Shown here piece after piece: positions 48,622-59,517 of a DNA stretch of 64,000 bases. Both the position numbers and the translations under genes were made by a program. Numbering within the stretch: the first letter of the stretch is position 1; each line of letters begins with the position of its first letter. Where the stretch lies: contig MCFE01000254.1 in NCBI GenBank assembly GCA_002104905.1, positions 49,552 through 113,551 on the forward strand, in the 5' to 3' direction. The notes beneath the pieces are model-generated. The model did no database searches. It saw nothing but the letters and a program-made list of their open reading frames with translations, and was not told the DNA's origin. The DNA is from Basidiobolus meristosporus CBS 931.73 (lineage: Eukaryota > Fungi > Basidiobolomycota).

Positions 48622-51600
48622 TGTTGTAAAAATTCGTAATTTCCACCTAAATATTCACCTAACTTAGTCACTTAGATCATTACCTTCAAAGCCTAGAGAA
48701 TACTGACCAAATTCCTTGTTGGGATTTACTTAGAATATTTACCCAGAACATGAAAATTAGATAAGTTGTCCAAACAGCTCCAAACTTTGCACACATGTTC
48801 TTGGGATCTTCCTTAACCTATTCTACATGTTTGTAATGCCAAGACCATGTAAAAGTATAAATACTACTTTTACATCCAATAAATCATTAAGTGAAAACCA
48901 CATAATCTACTTGTTCTCCAAATCACTTTCAATATCTCCAAGACTCTTACAACAGATACTGGGTAATAAGTTCTTCTTGGTGTGTAAAGTGTTGAGATGG
49001 CCCAGAGTCAATAAACCATATCTGAGAATCCTTGCTTGTAGTCATATTCAGCACTAATATATTCTGCTATAACTCCTATTTTTAAGGTATACAGCAGTGG
49101 CAACTGATTCCGCCCAAAAATCATAGGATGATTTTTGATCATGGATCATAGATCTTGCCATATCAATTATTGATCTGTTAGCTTGTTCTGCTACTCCATT
49201 TTGCTGTGGGGAGTATGCTACAGTAGTCTCTTGCTTTATCCCATGAATTTTGCAGAAGTGGATGAAGAGTTTTGAGGTATATTCTCCACCATTGTCAGAG
49301 TGTATTTTCTTGATTTTTTCACCAGTTTCTCTCTCCACCATGGCTTTGAACTGCCTGAACTTAGACAGAGCTTCTTCCTTTCTCTCCATGAAGTAGACCC
49401 ATGTGTATCTTGTATAATCATCAATGAAAGTGATCAAGTACTCATCCTGCCTAAGGATAAATTTTGCATAGGTCCACACAGATCTGAGTGAATTAGATCT
49501 AATTTTATCTTAGTTTTGACTAACCCAGAGCTCTTGAACAGTTGTCTGGCTTGTTTCCCATATATGCAGGCTTCACAGTGCTCCAAATTAGCTGAGGGAT
49601 CAACTTTCACTCCAGAAATTAGCTGATCTCTGATCATTTTACACAAATAATCAAAATTGATGTGTCCAAATCTCCTGTGCCAAAGCATTGGTGTTTCTTC
49701 ATTTAAGTTACTTATATTGGTTTCCAAATATGATGGAATATAAGTCAACCTGTATAGATTCTGATCTCTGATGCCCAAAGCAATATGGGCACCATTTTGA
49801 TCAGTGATCCTGCATCCAGAATTGTCAAAACTGAAACTGAGTCCTTCTGCTGTGGCCTTGCTTACAGAGAGTAGATTGTTGGCTATTTCTGGTACATAAA
49901 GTACTTCTTCAAAGGTCAGTGTATGGCTTCCTTCACTGATTCTAAGGTTTACTTGGAGAGTTCCTTCTCCCACTGCATCAAGTGTTCTATTGTCACCCAT
50001 GAAAACCTTCTTAATTGGAATTTCTTGATAGTGGGTAAAAAGTTCTTTTTGGTGTGTAAAGTGTTGAGATGCTCCAGAGTCAATGTACCACGTCTGAGAA
50101 TCCTTGTTTGTGGTTGTATTTAGTGCAGATATGAATAGTCTATCTTCAGTTGTTGCAGCATTTCCATATTCAGGCTTCTTTTGCTGATTATCTTTCTTTT
50201 TAACACACCGGTCTGATGTGTGTCCTTTCCTTTTGCAGTAGTTGCAAAATAGGTTGCTGTTGCCTTTGTAGGGTCTTAGGTACCTCCTTTGTTGGTTATG
50301 ATTGCTTATTAGAGCATTTTCTTCTTCCTTCTTATTGGCGCTTGATTTTCTTAATTCTTCACTCAGGAGCCTTCCATACACGTAATTTAAGGTCAAATCT
50401 TCAGTTCTGGACTCTAGGGCTGATACAAGGCCCTGAAACTTGTCTGTCAGGCCATTCAGGATGGTGACTATCACATCCTCATCAGTAGTTGGTACACCCA
50501 CAGATTCCATCTCATCTACCAGCAGGGTAATTCTGTTAATTAGATTTTTCATTTCTTCTCCTGGTAGCATCTTTGTAGTAAGGAATTTTTGTCTCAGATA
50601 CATCTTCTTGGCAGCTGAACATGGCTGGTAGGTGTCTTCTAATGCTTTCCAGGCATTCTTTGCAGTTTTTGCTCTTGAGCATTGAATTAACAATTTGTCC
50701 TTGACATTAAGGCAAATGCAGTTAAAGGCACTTTGTTCTTTCTTCTGGTACTTTAAGGCTTCCTCTCCCACGTTTTTAGTAGGGCATTCTTCTCCCGTGA
50801 CAATATCCCAAAGGCCTCTTTCTTGTAGCAGCATCTTCATCTTCACCTTCCACACTTGGTAGTTAGATCCATCCAACTTTTCAGCAGAGGGAAAAATTCC
50901 AGTAATAGCAGTAGTAGACATTGCAGAGAGTGACAGCTTGGGGCTCATAACCTGTTGTAAGAGTCTTGGAGATATTGAAGATCCACCACAGGATACACCT
51001 TTCTTTACTGTAAAGGAGCAATATCATGGAATTCAAGAAAGCAACCAACCATAGCACTTTCTACTACAGAGGCAGAGTATATGACAGCCTGTGAAGCTAC
51101 AAAAGAAGCAATATGGTTAAGAAAACTCTTTACAGACTTAGGCCTATGTCAAAAAATGCCTATTACTTTATTTCAAGATAATCAAGGATGTATACAATCA
51201 GGTGGAAATTTAACTTTTCACACCAGAACTAAGCATATAGGTATTAGATATCATTTCATACATGAAGCTATAGAGAATAGCTTAGCTGACTTAGTTAACA
51301 GTCCTACAGATGAAATGATTGCAGACATATTTACTAAACCAATAGCCGGAGACAAAATTAAATATCACAGGTCACAATTAGGACTAGTCAGTATGAACAT
51401 TTAGATGAGTGGAAGTGTTGTAGAAGTTTGTAATTCCACCTAAACATTCATCTAACTTAGTCACTTGGATCATTCCTACAAATCTTGGATAACATTGACC
51501 AAATTCCTTGTTGGGATTTACTTAGAATATTTTCATCAAAATATCAGCTACCCAGAACATGAAAATTCAATAAAGTGCTCAAACAGCCCCAAACTATGCA

Positions 51601-51762
51601 CACATGTTCTTGGGACCTTTTTATACCTATTCTACATGTTTTTTATGCCAAGACCTTGCAAAAGTATAAATACTACTTTTACTTTCAATCAATCATTAAG
51701 TGAAACCACATAATCTGCTTGTTCTCCCAATCACTTCCAATATCTCCAGGACTCTTAGAGCA
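48622..51762. mobile_element. Rearranged Copia composite: + LTR (48622-48954), inverted gag-PR-IN (48955-50975), + RNase H-PPT-LTR (about 50978-51762)
   Basis: Homology to Copia-2 parts in mixed orientation; flanks CTTTC and GAGAG do not form a TSD. Confidence 0.85.
49434..50948 (-). CDS. Copia gag-protease-integrase N-part (504 aa; 1-bp frameshift near 49445, integrase core continues to about 49057)
   Basis: UBN2-like gag, CNYCKRKGHTSDRC knuckle, WYIDSGASQH, LWHRRFGH, IHSDLCGP. Confidence 0.88.
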   Translation of the reverse strand: MSPKLSLSAMSTTAITGIFPSAEKLDGSNYQVWKVKMKMLLQERGLWDIVTGEECPTKNVGEEALKYQKKEQSAFNCICLNVKDKLLIQCSRAKTAKNAWKALEDTYQPCSAAKKMYLRQKFLTTKMLPGEEMKNLINRITLLVDEMESVGVPTTDEDVIVTILNGLTDKFQGLVSALESRTEDLTLNYVYGRLLSEELRKSSANKKEEENALISNHNQQRRYLRPYKGNSNLFCNYCKRKGHTSDRCVKKKDNQQKKPEYGNAATTEDRLFISALNTTTNKDSQTWYIDSGASQHFTHQKELFTHYQEIPIKKVFMGDNRTLDAVGEGTLQVNLRISEGSHTLTFEEVLYVPEIANNLLSVSKATAEGLSFSFDNSGCRITDQNGAHIALGIRDQNLYRLTYIPSYLETNISNLNEETPMLWHRRFGHINFDYLCKMIRDQLISGVKVDPSANLEHCEACIYGKQARQLFKSSGLVKTKIKLDLIHSDLCGPMQNLSLGRMST

Positions 51763-53216
51763 GAGAGGTGGAATGGCAGCTAGGGATGAGAATCAGTGGA
51801 CTGTCAGAGCACCATATAAGAAAAGTCATGTATGCATCTGACAAGCATTAGACAACCATTGAGCTATTGTCAGAAGGCTGTTGAGTTTTATAGCATATAT
51901 GGAAAGAGCCTGTATGCACTAAGAGCTTATGATACCACTATAGTGCTGTTGAACAAACAGCATTGCAGCATTTGAGTACTATATGAATGCAATATAACAT
52001 AGTATCAAAGGCATATCATAGATTAAAAGCAGAGTAAGTGTCAAATTTTCATCTGACAATTGTTGCAGCACTGTCAAATGACTGTTGGATTATCCATCAT
52101 GTATTGAGATAGATGCAGCAGCATTAAAGATACAAAATACTGTCAGAATTCCATTGTAATTTTGGCAGGGTAGAGTTGAAATAAAGGTTTATTATCTGAT
52201 ATCAATGTCCACCAAATTGCAAAATGTAGGCTGTTGAAATTGTGGTGGAGTACTGTAGGGAATCCAAAATGCAGTTTCTCTGACAGGATTTTGGCAGGAA
52301 TTAGCCATGTTAATCCAGATCTAAGCTAACTTTGTCCCAGTAATTTTTGCTAGGGTATTGTGCTACAACATGCAATAATATATCGAATTTAGCCTAAATT
52401 TTATTCTCATAAATATGAGTTCTTGGGAATTTTTAAGTAATCCTGGTGCCACTACTGCTTTCCTAATACAACACTGGAGCAAATATCTGCAAAAACTGTG
52501 GAGTGGGTACACCTATTGCCATTAGGGAGTGTCTAGTAGGACTGCCTGCTACCACAAGTCTTCTACAGCTTTTAGATTACACCCAGTCATTTATGATACT
52601 ACCAGCATTAGAAGTGTCTGTTGCAATGTTAAGTATTTTACCCAATAACTCCTATATTATGAATTGGTACTTTGTTATTTATCATAGTAGTAATTATTAG
52701 CTTGGAAATTAGTTTTCAAGATACTTGCTAATTCTCAGAAATGGTTAAAGTCCTGATTTATATCAGAATTTTCAGATTTGCACACAAAGTCCTGGGACCT
52801 TTCTCCAAACAATCTTATTATTACTTTTACCAACTTCTGCAATAGGTATAAATACTCTGTTGCTACTCAATAAAATAACAAGTGAATGTGACAAAAAGCA
52901 TATATTTCTCCAAATTACTTCAATACTCCCCAAGTCAACTTGTAACAGTGTCTTCACTCAGATTCAGGTTAGTGAGGATCATTTATAATTTATAGTTTAG
53001 ATTTTTGAAGAGATACAGTACTCTCTAAGAGATATAGAGGCAGGTCATACATTGAAAAAGGCTGCAGTTGCAAAAGGTGGTGAGAATATTGTCCAGTATG
53101 AGGTATATGGACATCCAGACACCACCAAAGTGAGAGCTTGATGTCATTGTATGAAGAATGATGGATTTGAAGAAATAAGTAGGGTATCAGTGTTACAGTA
53201 TGCAACAGGGTTAAAT

Positions 53217-53569
53217 TGCTGTTAGAGTCTTGGAGATATTGGAGGTGATTTGGAGAACAAGTAAAATGTGTGATTTTCACTTGGTGATCTATTGAATGTA
53301 AAAGCAGTATTTATACTTTTACATGGTCTTGGAATAACAAGCATGTAGAATACGTTTAGGAAGGTCCCAAGAATATGTGTGCAAGGTTTGTGGCTGTTTG
53401 GACACCTTATCAGATTTTCATGTATGGTTATGGGTAGCTGATATTTTGATGAAAATATTCCAAGTAAAACCCAACAATGAATATGGTCAGTATTCTCCAA
53501 GATTTGTAGACAATGATCTAAGTGACTAAGTTAGGTGAATATTTAAGTGGAATTACGAATCTTACAACA
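53217..53569 (-). repeat. Solo Copia LTR with perfect 5-bp TSD TAAAT
   Basis: TG...CA ends; TAAAT at 53212-53216 and 53570-53574. Confidence 0.88.
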
Positions 53570-54591
53570 TAAATACCCTGAAGGGCAAACAGCCAAACAT
53601 GTCAGCATGTACCTTAATGCAATTAAACGTTCCAGAACACAGTACAATTGGCATGATTCAACAGAACAAGTCGTTGACAACGATTAATACTTGTACAGAT
53701 TCTTGGCAAGTAAACTCATAGAATATGTTTAGAAGGGTACTAATAGCATTTATCCAAAGTGTGGTTCTTTTAAACAGCTTTGAGAAATTTCATATTCTGG
53801 GTACCTGCCATCTTGGTGAAAATATTGCAAGTAAATCCTGACAGTAAAATTTGGTCAGGAGGTGGTAAGTTCATAGACTACTGTTTGAGTAGCGAAGTTA
53901 GTAGGATAACTAGGTGTAGTTTGATTATTATATCAGATCGATGTAGTGGCAACAAACGGGCCAGCATATTATCAGATATTTCAACGCATGATGAAAAACT
54001 TGCCAATGCCTCATTCGAGTCGTTTGTCCTATCATCATCGAAAGCCATGGTCCAATCAAAACGTCTAAACCGTGGTCCTAGATCAGGGTTTTAAAGAAAC
54101 TTCCAATATGGTTTACAATTGGTAACAGTGGCACAAGCCATCCGAGTGATTGCCCATTTGAGAAGGCATTCGAGCGATTACTCCTTTTTAGCTTACACAG
54201 AAAACCAAGAAAGCATGCAGGAGGCTGGGTCATAGATAAGAACATGCGTTACATAGCAAGTAATGCTGGTAATGACGGGCCCTACTTTAGCAGGTGTCTT
54301 AGGTTCTTTCAGGGCAAGTCACTTCTGAAAGGGCCAATCTGAGCGTATGCACGAACCAAGAAATGCACTCAGATTGGTGTAAATGGAGCCAATAAGACAA
54401 TAATGGAAAGCGGATGATATATGTAGGGCAGGCCAAGGAAACAGCCAATGATGGCTTTCAACGCGACCACTGCTAGGTTTGTTGAGGCTCTTCACACCAT
54501 ATAGTGCAAGGCCGTGATGGCAGATAGCAATGTCTGTGGTGCGATCTGATATAAATAACTTGAAACTACCTCGTGCTCAACCGTCGCAAGC

Positions 54592-55833
54592 ATGTATTTT
54601 CCCCTACTATTTCTGTTATACCTTTACTTGGCGCAAGCGGTCGATATAGAATTGACCTTTCATAACTATAATTGGCCCTACCTCGATGCCAAGTCCCTCT
54701 ATAGCAGCGTGATAGTTCCAGAAGGATATGCGCCTGAAACATCTTATTGGGGTGTTTATATGTGGTCATTTGGCTACTTCGGCATTCAGAATATGAATGG
54801 GTCTGTCAACTACATTATGTCAATTTGGAACGACGGTAACAAAACGGCCCGAGTAGATCTTGGGCTTCTCAGAGGTGAGCCTTCTGATTGCGAGAATGCA
54901 ACCGGTTGCATTGAAGGAGCAGTTGCCCATGATCTCGTCTACTCAGAGCCCTGGAAACCGGGTGTACCGTATAACTTCATGCTTGATTGCGAAGGCGACG
55001 GGAAAACTAGGAAATTGTCAAGCTACATTTTTAAGAATGACCATTGGATATTGATTACTCAGTTTGTCCTCCCCGGTTACAACGAATGTTACTCCCCTCC
55101 GTTCTTTCAATTTTTGGAGAATCCGGCGTGGAATAGCGGTTCCTGGCCGCTGGAAAAATCTGCATCCCGCCACCAAAGGAGAGGGATTTATTACAACCAA
55201 TACATGAAACAAGTCGGCTCTGACGAGTGGCTTCCGGGCACCCAGGCTACTCCTTCTTTTAACCCGCCGGGCGATAAACCACATGACGAGTTTTACGAAG
55301 TACTTCCATGGCCAGAGCGGAATGGAGTCATGTTGGTTTCGGATGGGGCCAAGCCCGGAACGGAGGTCCCTAATCCGTATTCTGTTGTCAATTTCAACAT
55401 TTCGAAAATGGAGCCGCCAATTCCTTTGGATTATACACCCAAAGGTAAGCACACTGTGACAAGGGCCGAGACTTATATGTCCTACCAAGTGATCACCGAG
55501 TCGCCGGTAACGACCACTATCACGCACCAGAGATGGGCCACCAACTTGCAAACCGCAAAAGAATTCACCTTAACGGAGACTGAACTAACAACTGCAACCA
55601 GTACTGTCAAGACTAGTGCCACTGAAACCCAGACATATACAGTAACTCTTCCTACCTATGTGGTGACTGAGCTGACTGATGAGACCCAAGTGGTGACCGA
55701 GGTGCATACCGCAATTATATCCGTCAAGCCACGCACCTCTACAGATATTAAGGTAGATGAAAGTACAGTTACCATATATGAGACTCAAGAGTCCACCGTA
55801 TATGCTCCCGCAGTTACAGTTTATAGAGAATAG
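54592..55833 (+). CDS. Secreted protein with DUF3472-like domain and Thr-rich tail, intronless
   Basis: Hydrophobic signal peptide (cleavage near AQA/VD); GYFGIQ...IMSIW...PWKPGVPYNF...FLEN...RRGIYYNQ pattern; T/E/V-rich C-terminus; TATA-like motif near 54550. Confidence 0.75.
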   Translation: MYFPLLFLLYLYLAQAVDIELTFHNYNWPYLDAKSLYSSVIVPEGYAPETSYWGVYMWSFGYFGIQNMNGSVNYIMSIWNDGNKTARVDLGLLRGEPSDCENATGCIEGAVAHDLVYSEPWKPGVPYNFMLDCEGDGKTRKLSSYIFKNDHWILITQFVLPGYNECYSPPFFQFLENPAWNSGSWPLEKSASRHQRRGIYYNQYMKQVGSDEWLPGTQATPSFNPPGDKPHDEFYEVLPWPERNGVMLVSDGAKPGTEVPNPYSVVNFNISKMEPPIPLDYTPKGKHTVTRAETYMSYQVITESPVTTTITHQRWATNLQTAKEFTLTETELTTATSTVKTSATETQTYTVTLPTYVVTELTDETQVVTEVHTAIISVKPRTSTDIKVDESTVTIYETQESTVYAPAVTVYRE

Positions 55834-55860
55834 CAAGTATAGAGCTGGAAGAGTCGTTTC

Positions 55861-55945
55861 ACAAGTAGAGATGAGTGTCTTTCATAGATTTTGATAAACA
55901 AGTAGAGATGAGTTTCTCTCTTTCATAGATTTCGATAAACAAGTA
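55861..55945. repeat. Tandem duplication (about 37-41 bp unit, 2.2 copies)
   Basis: ACAAGTAGAGATGAGT...TTTCATAGATTT(T/C)GATAA repeated. Confidence 0.85.
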
Positions 55946-56493
55946 TCAGGATTTGATAAGTTACCATGTGATTGATTTTCTCTTCAATCATAGTAAGCAT
56001 CATGATATTAATGTACATGTATCAGTACCCAAGCAATTTATTGACAAGTGGGGTTGGATGACGTCGACTACCACGGAATGTGTCCTTTGGCTAGGGTTAA
56101 GGTTGGGTTTGAATAAATAGAAAGACTTGATGGATGCTGAACCCAATCCACACTCTCTCTATCGAACTTGGCCACGTATCTCCAAAATGGGGAAAATACC
56201 AAATATAGATCAAGCCAAATACGTTAGTTGAAGAGTTGGCTAAATTCCTCCAGATTGCATGATTAGAAGGGCAAAAAAACGTCAGCCACCAGATGAATTA
56301 TATTTTAGTGCACATATATAATTACGAAGGAACAAGTATGTACCAGGTTTGGGTAATCCGGATAATTGGCCTGTGCCAGGTTTGGGTAATCTTGATTGAT
56401 GGTATTGAGCAGATTTATTGCGCTCAAAAAACACCGTGGTTTGCTCAACCAAAATTCAGGGCCTACCATAATGCTCAATCTGACAAATATCCG

Positions 56494-56587
56494 GTGGATG
56501 TGCCCAAATACTAACAAATACGGTGCCTCCAGTGGATGTGCCCAAATACTAACAAAATGCGGTGCCTCCAGTGGATGTGCCAAATAC
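56494..56587. repeat. Subtelomeric tandem repeat (38-39 bp unit, 2.5 copies)
   Basis: GTGGATGTGCCCAAATACTAACAAA..CGGTGCCTCCA repeated. Confidence 0.85.
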
Positions 56588-56748
56588 GTTCTTTGAGTTA
56601 CCCCAGAAGTGAGCAGTAGTCACAGCCCATGTAGAAAAACCCCAGCTGGCCCAAAAGAAACCAGTTGCTTCTTTTTAGAATATTGATCTCGTTTATATAT
56701 ATATATACAGGTGAAATCTTTATTTCAGTTGAAACAAAGAAGCCAGCA

Positions 56749-59517
56749 CTAGTGTTGTAGCTTTGATACAAGAATGTGTAGCTGAGGGGAATTTGTAGGT
56801 AAGTTAATAAGAAGTGAAGACAGTTCTTCAGTGCTCAAGACACTGTTCAGTGGGATGGGGGGTAGCAAGAGAGGTAAGAATGACTTGTGAACAACATTAA
56901 TGAGGGGAATGTGATAAGGATTGATATTCATCATAAAGGGAGTGTGCTGCTGCAGATATTGCTGCCAAAGGTCTGTCAAGTACTTCAGGTAGGCCAGCTT
57001 GGGTTTTTCTGACTGCAGAATAAATTGAGCAAATATCTTGACTTCAGGATCTCCAAGTATAGTTCTCCAGCAGAAGCCAGGTGTTGTGTGGTGTGTTCTC
57101 TTCCATGCCTTAATAAGTGGGTTATTGCAGTGGTGAAGCCTGATATATAATCTGGTTCTGAGGTAGAGAAGTCTGATCTTATAGGGCATAAACCCAAAAG
57201 CACCAAGAATAGCATGTCTGTAGGGGCATTCAGGCAAATGAGGCACCAAGGAGGTAATGCACCATACTGCAAACTTGTCATGCTTAGTGCAGTCTCTAGA
57301 AGTAAGAGAGAGAAGTGGTAAGCCAAATTCCAGGACAGGGAAGACAAACTGCTTGAGTAGAAGGAGGCAGCTGGGAGCTGAGGTTGTAGGAGGAGTAACA
57401 GCCAGTAGCTTGTGGAGTGCCTGTCTTGCCAGGATGATTCTCTTCTTCAGGTGTGCTCCAGAGTCTAGTCCAGTAGGAAGGAAAGGAAAGCCAAGATATG
57501 TAGCAGAAACCTGAGCTGGTAGAGTGGAGTTCTCCAAGTTGATGGGGCAGCCCAAAGGTACTGTCTTTGCAATGGAAAGCTGGAGATTATTCTTCTGCAG
57601 ATACTGATGGATGGTCTGAGAGTCTTGTTGCACACTGGAGGAGGATATTCTGATGTCATCAGCAAAGAGAGTAACCAGGCAGTCAGCTGAGAGTCTTGGG
57701 AAATCATTCAGGAAGATGGCAAACAGTATAGGACCAAGCACGGAGCCTTGAACCACTCCATTAGGAACTGAGAACACAGCTGATTGCTCACTTGGGTGCA
57801 GAATTCTTGCTTGTGGATCCAGAAACAGAGACCTGACAAGGAGGGTGAGAGAGGTACTGGAGAAGCATTGCAACTTGGACCAAAGCAGATTTCTGTCAAC
57901 TGAATCAAAGGCCTTGGTAATATCAAACAGAACAGAGGGATACTTGCACTGGAGAGAGTGATCTTGGCTAAGTATGACTGCATATTCCAAGGAGAGGCCA
58001 GGAACAAAGCCAAACTGTGCAGGGTGAAACTTGAGGGAGTCAGAGTAGAGCTCCTGAGCAAGCAGAAGCTCAAACACCTTTCTGCAGGTGGGCAGCAGAG
58101 ATATTGGCCTGTAGGAGCTAGGATCCAGGTGCTTTCCTTTACCTTTGTACAGTGGCAGAACATTTGCAAAGGACCATTCCTCAGGAGTAGAAAGCTGGGC
58201 TGAGTATTGCTGAAACAGTGGAAGCAGAAGTGCAGACATGGCCTTGGTACTAATCTTCAGAAGCTCATAAGAGATTGTGTCCACACCTGGAGCAGTAGAG
58301 TTGGGAAGCCTCTTGAGCACATTATGGATTCTCCTTTGATCAAGTGCAAGTGGAATGGGCAGAGTCTTGAAGTCAGGATGAAAGTCAGGAGTTGAGTACT
58401 GCTTTATAGAGAAGAAGATGTTAGCCAGCTGTTCTGTTGAAGGTAACTTCCTGGAAGAGGGCCTCATTGCCCTGTAGAGTCTTGATACTGTTCTTGTTAT
58501 AGAGTTGGAAGATTGCAGAGGCAAAGAACTCATAATATGATCCCAGAGCTGAGTATGCAGAGTGTGGTGAATTGCCTTGGAGTGGTGTATGGCTGTCAGG
58601 AGGAGTTTCTCTCTTTTTGGGTTAGGGAAACTCAGGTAGCTTTGTTGCAGGGCTGAAACAATGGATTCCCATTTTCTTGAGGTAACAGCAGTAGTCTTGC
58701 ATGGCAGTGAGAGGGAGGCAGACACCAGAATCAGATGCTTCACAAAGAGCCAGGCATAGTTGAGATCATCAGGCAGAGAAAGTAGCAAACTGGCAAGCTT
58801 CAAGTAGTTCCCAAAGTCTTTCTTCTGATTCTTGGTAGCTTTGTGGGTGAGCACAGTAAGTTTTGGCAGCTTCTTCTTCACAACTGGTTGCATAGAAAGG
58901 GACCAGTCTGGGTGGTCAGAGGCTCTCAAGGATCCTAGCTCAGCTCCAGAGAATTGCTTAACTTCATTCACAAAGTAGAGGGCAGCAGCAGAAGGGCAGA
59001 TCCAGTCAACACATCTTTTCTCAGATTGAGCACCTAGTGCTAGCAGATGGCTTTCTCTCAGGAAGTTCAGTAGGAATGTAGACCTTGGCTTCATTCTTGC
59101 AGTCAGAGTAGTCTTGTTCTCAGGATGGGGAATGTTGAGATCTCCAAGCAAGATAATAGGTGTTGATATAGATTGCTGGTATTGCTGAACTTTCTGGCAT
59201 ATAACTTGCACTTCCTGAAGGGCAAGACTTGGAGGCGGATAGCAGAGCACCAGACTGATAGTTGGCAACTGGAGAGCAGCACAGTAAGGGGAGTAAAGAG
59301 GAACACAGAGCTGAGGAGTATTGATGGTAGAAGAGATAAAGCAGATAGAGGAGGTATTCTTTGTTCTAGGAGTAGAAAAGCAATATAGATTAGTCAAAAG
59401 TATAGAGGGTAGCTGGACATCAATCAAACACAGGAGGGAAAATCTTGAAAGAAGTCTCTCTAAAGTTGGTCTTGATGGCTGTATGCTGTTGCAGTTAAGC
59501 AACAGAACTTCAGGTAG
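56749..59517 (-). CDS. Family A ORF2: APE-like endonuclease plus reverse transcriptase, no start ATG
   Basis: LLLNCNS, CYPPP, ILLGDLN, CVDW, SDH; RT motifs APGVDTI, YRPISLL, QFGF, DITKAFDSV, GVVQGSVLGP, FADD; uninterrupted for about 920 codons. Confidence 0.93.
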   Translation of the reverse strand, partial: LPEVLLLNCNSIQPSRPTLERLLSRFSLLCLIDVQLPSILLTNLYCFSTPRTKNTSSICFISSTINTPQLCVPLYSPYCAALQLPTISLVLCYPPPSLALQEVQVICQKVQQYQQSISTPIILLGDLNIPHPENKTTLTARMKPRSTFLLNFLRESHLLALGAQSEKRCVDWICPSAAALYFVNEVKQFSGAELGSLRASDHPDWSLSMQPVVKKKLPKLTVLTHKATKNQKKDFGNYLKLASLLLSLPDDLNYAWLFVKHLILVSASLSLPCKTTAVTSRKWESIVSALQQSYLSFPNPKREKLLLTAIHHSKAIHHTLHTQLWDHIMSSLPLQSSNSITRTVSRLYRAMRPSSRKLPSTEQLANIFFSIKQYSTPDFHPDFKTLPIPLALDQRRIHNVLKRLPNSTAPGVDTISYELLKISTKAMSALLLPLFQQYSAQLSTPEEWSFANVLPLYKGKGKHLDPSSYRPISLLPTCRKVFELLLAQELYSDSLKFHPAQFGFVPGLSLEYAVILSQDHSLQCKYPSVLFDITKAFDSVDRNLLWSKLQCFSSTSLTLLVRSLFLDPQARILHPSEQSAVFSVPNGVVQGSVLGPILFAIFLNDFPRLSADCLVTLFADDIRISSSSVQQDSQTIHQYLQKNNLQLSIAKTVPLGCPINLENSTLPAQVSATYLGFPFLPTGLDSGAHLKKRIILARQALHKLLAVTPPTTSAPSCLLLLKQFVFPVLEFGLPLLSLTSRDCTKHDKFAVWCITSLVPHLPECPYRHAILGAFGFMPYKIRLLYLRTRLYIRLHHCNNPLIKAWKRTHHTTPGFCWRTILGDPEVKIFAQFILQSEKPKLAYLKYLTDLWQQYLQQHTPFMMNINPYHIPLINVVHKSFLPLLLPPIPLNSVLSTEELSSLLINLPTNSPQLHILVSKLQH

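Noticed and set aside
48622-51762. A single Copia element with an inverted interior
   Set aside because: The two + LTRs differ markedly and the flanks (CTTTC, GAGAG) are not a TSD.
56494-56587. CRISPR-like repeat array
   Set aside because: Eukaryotic context, contiguous units without unique spacers, and no cas genes.
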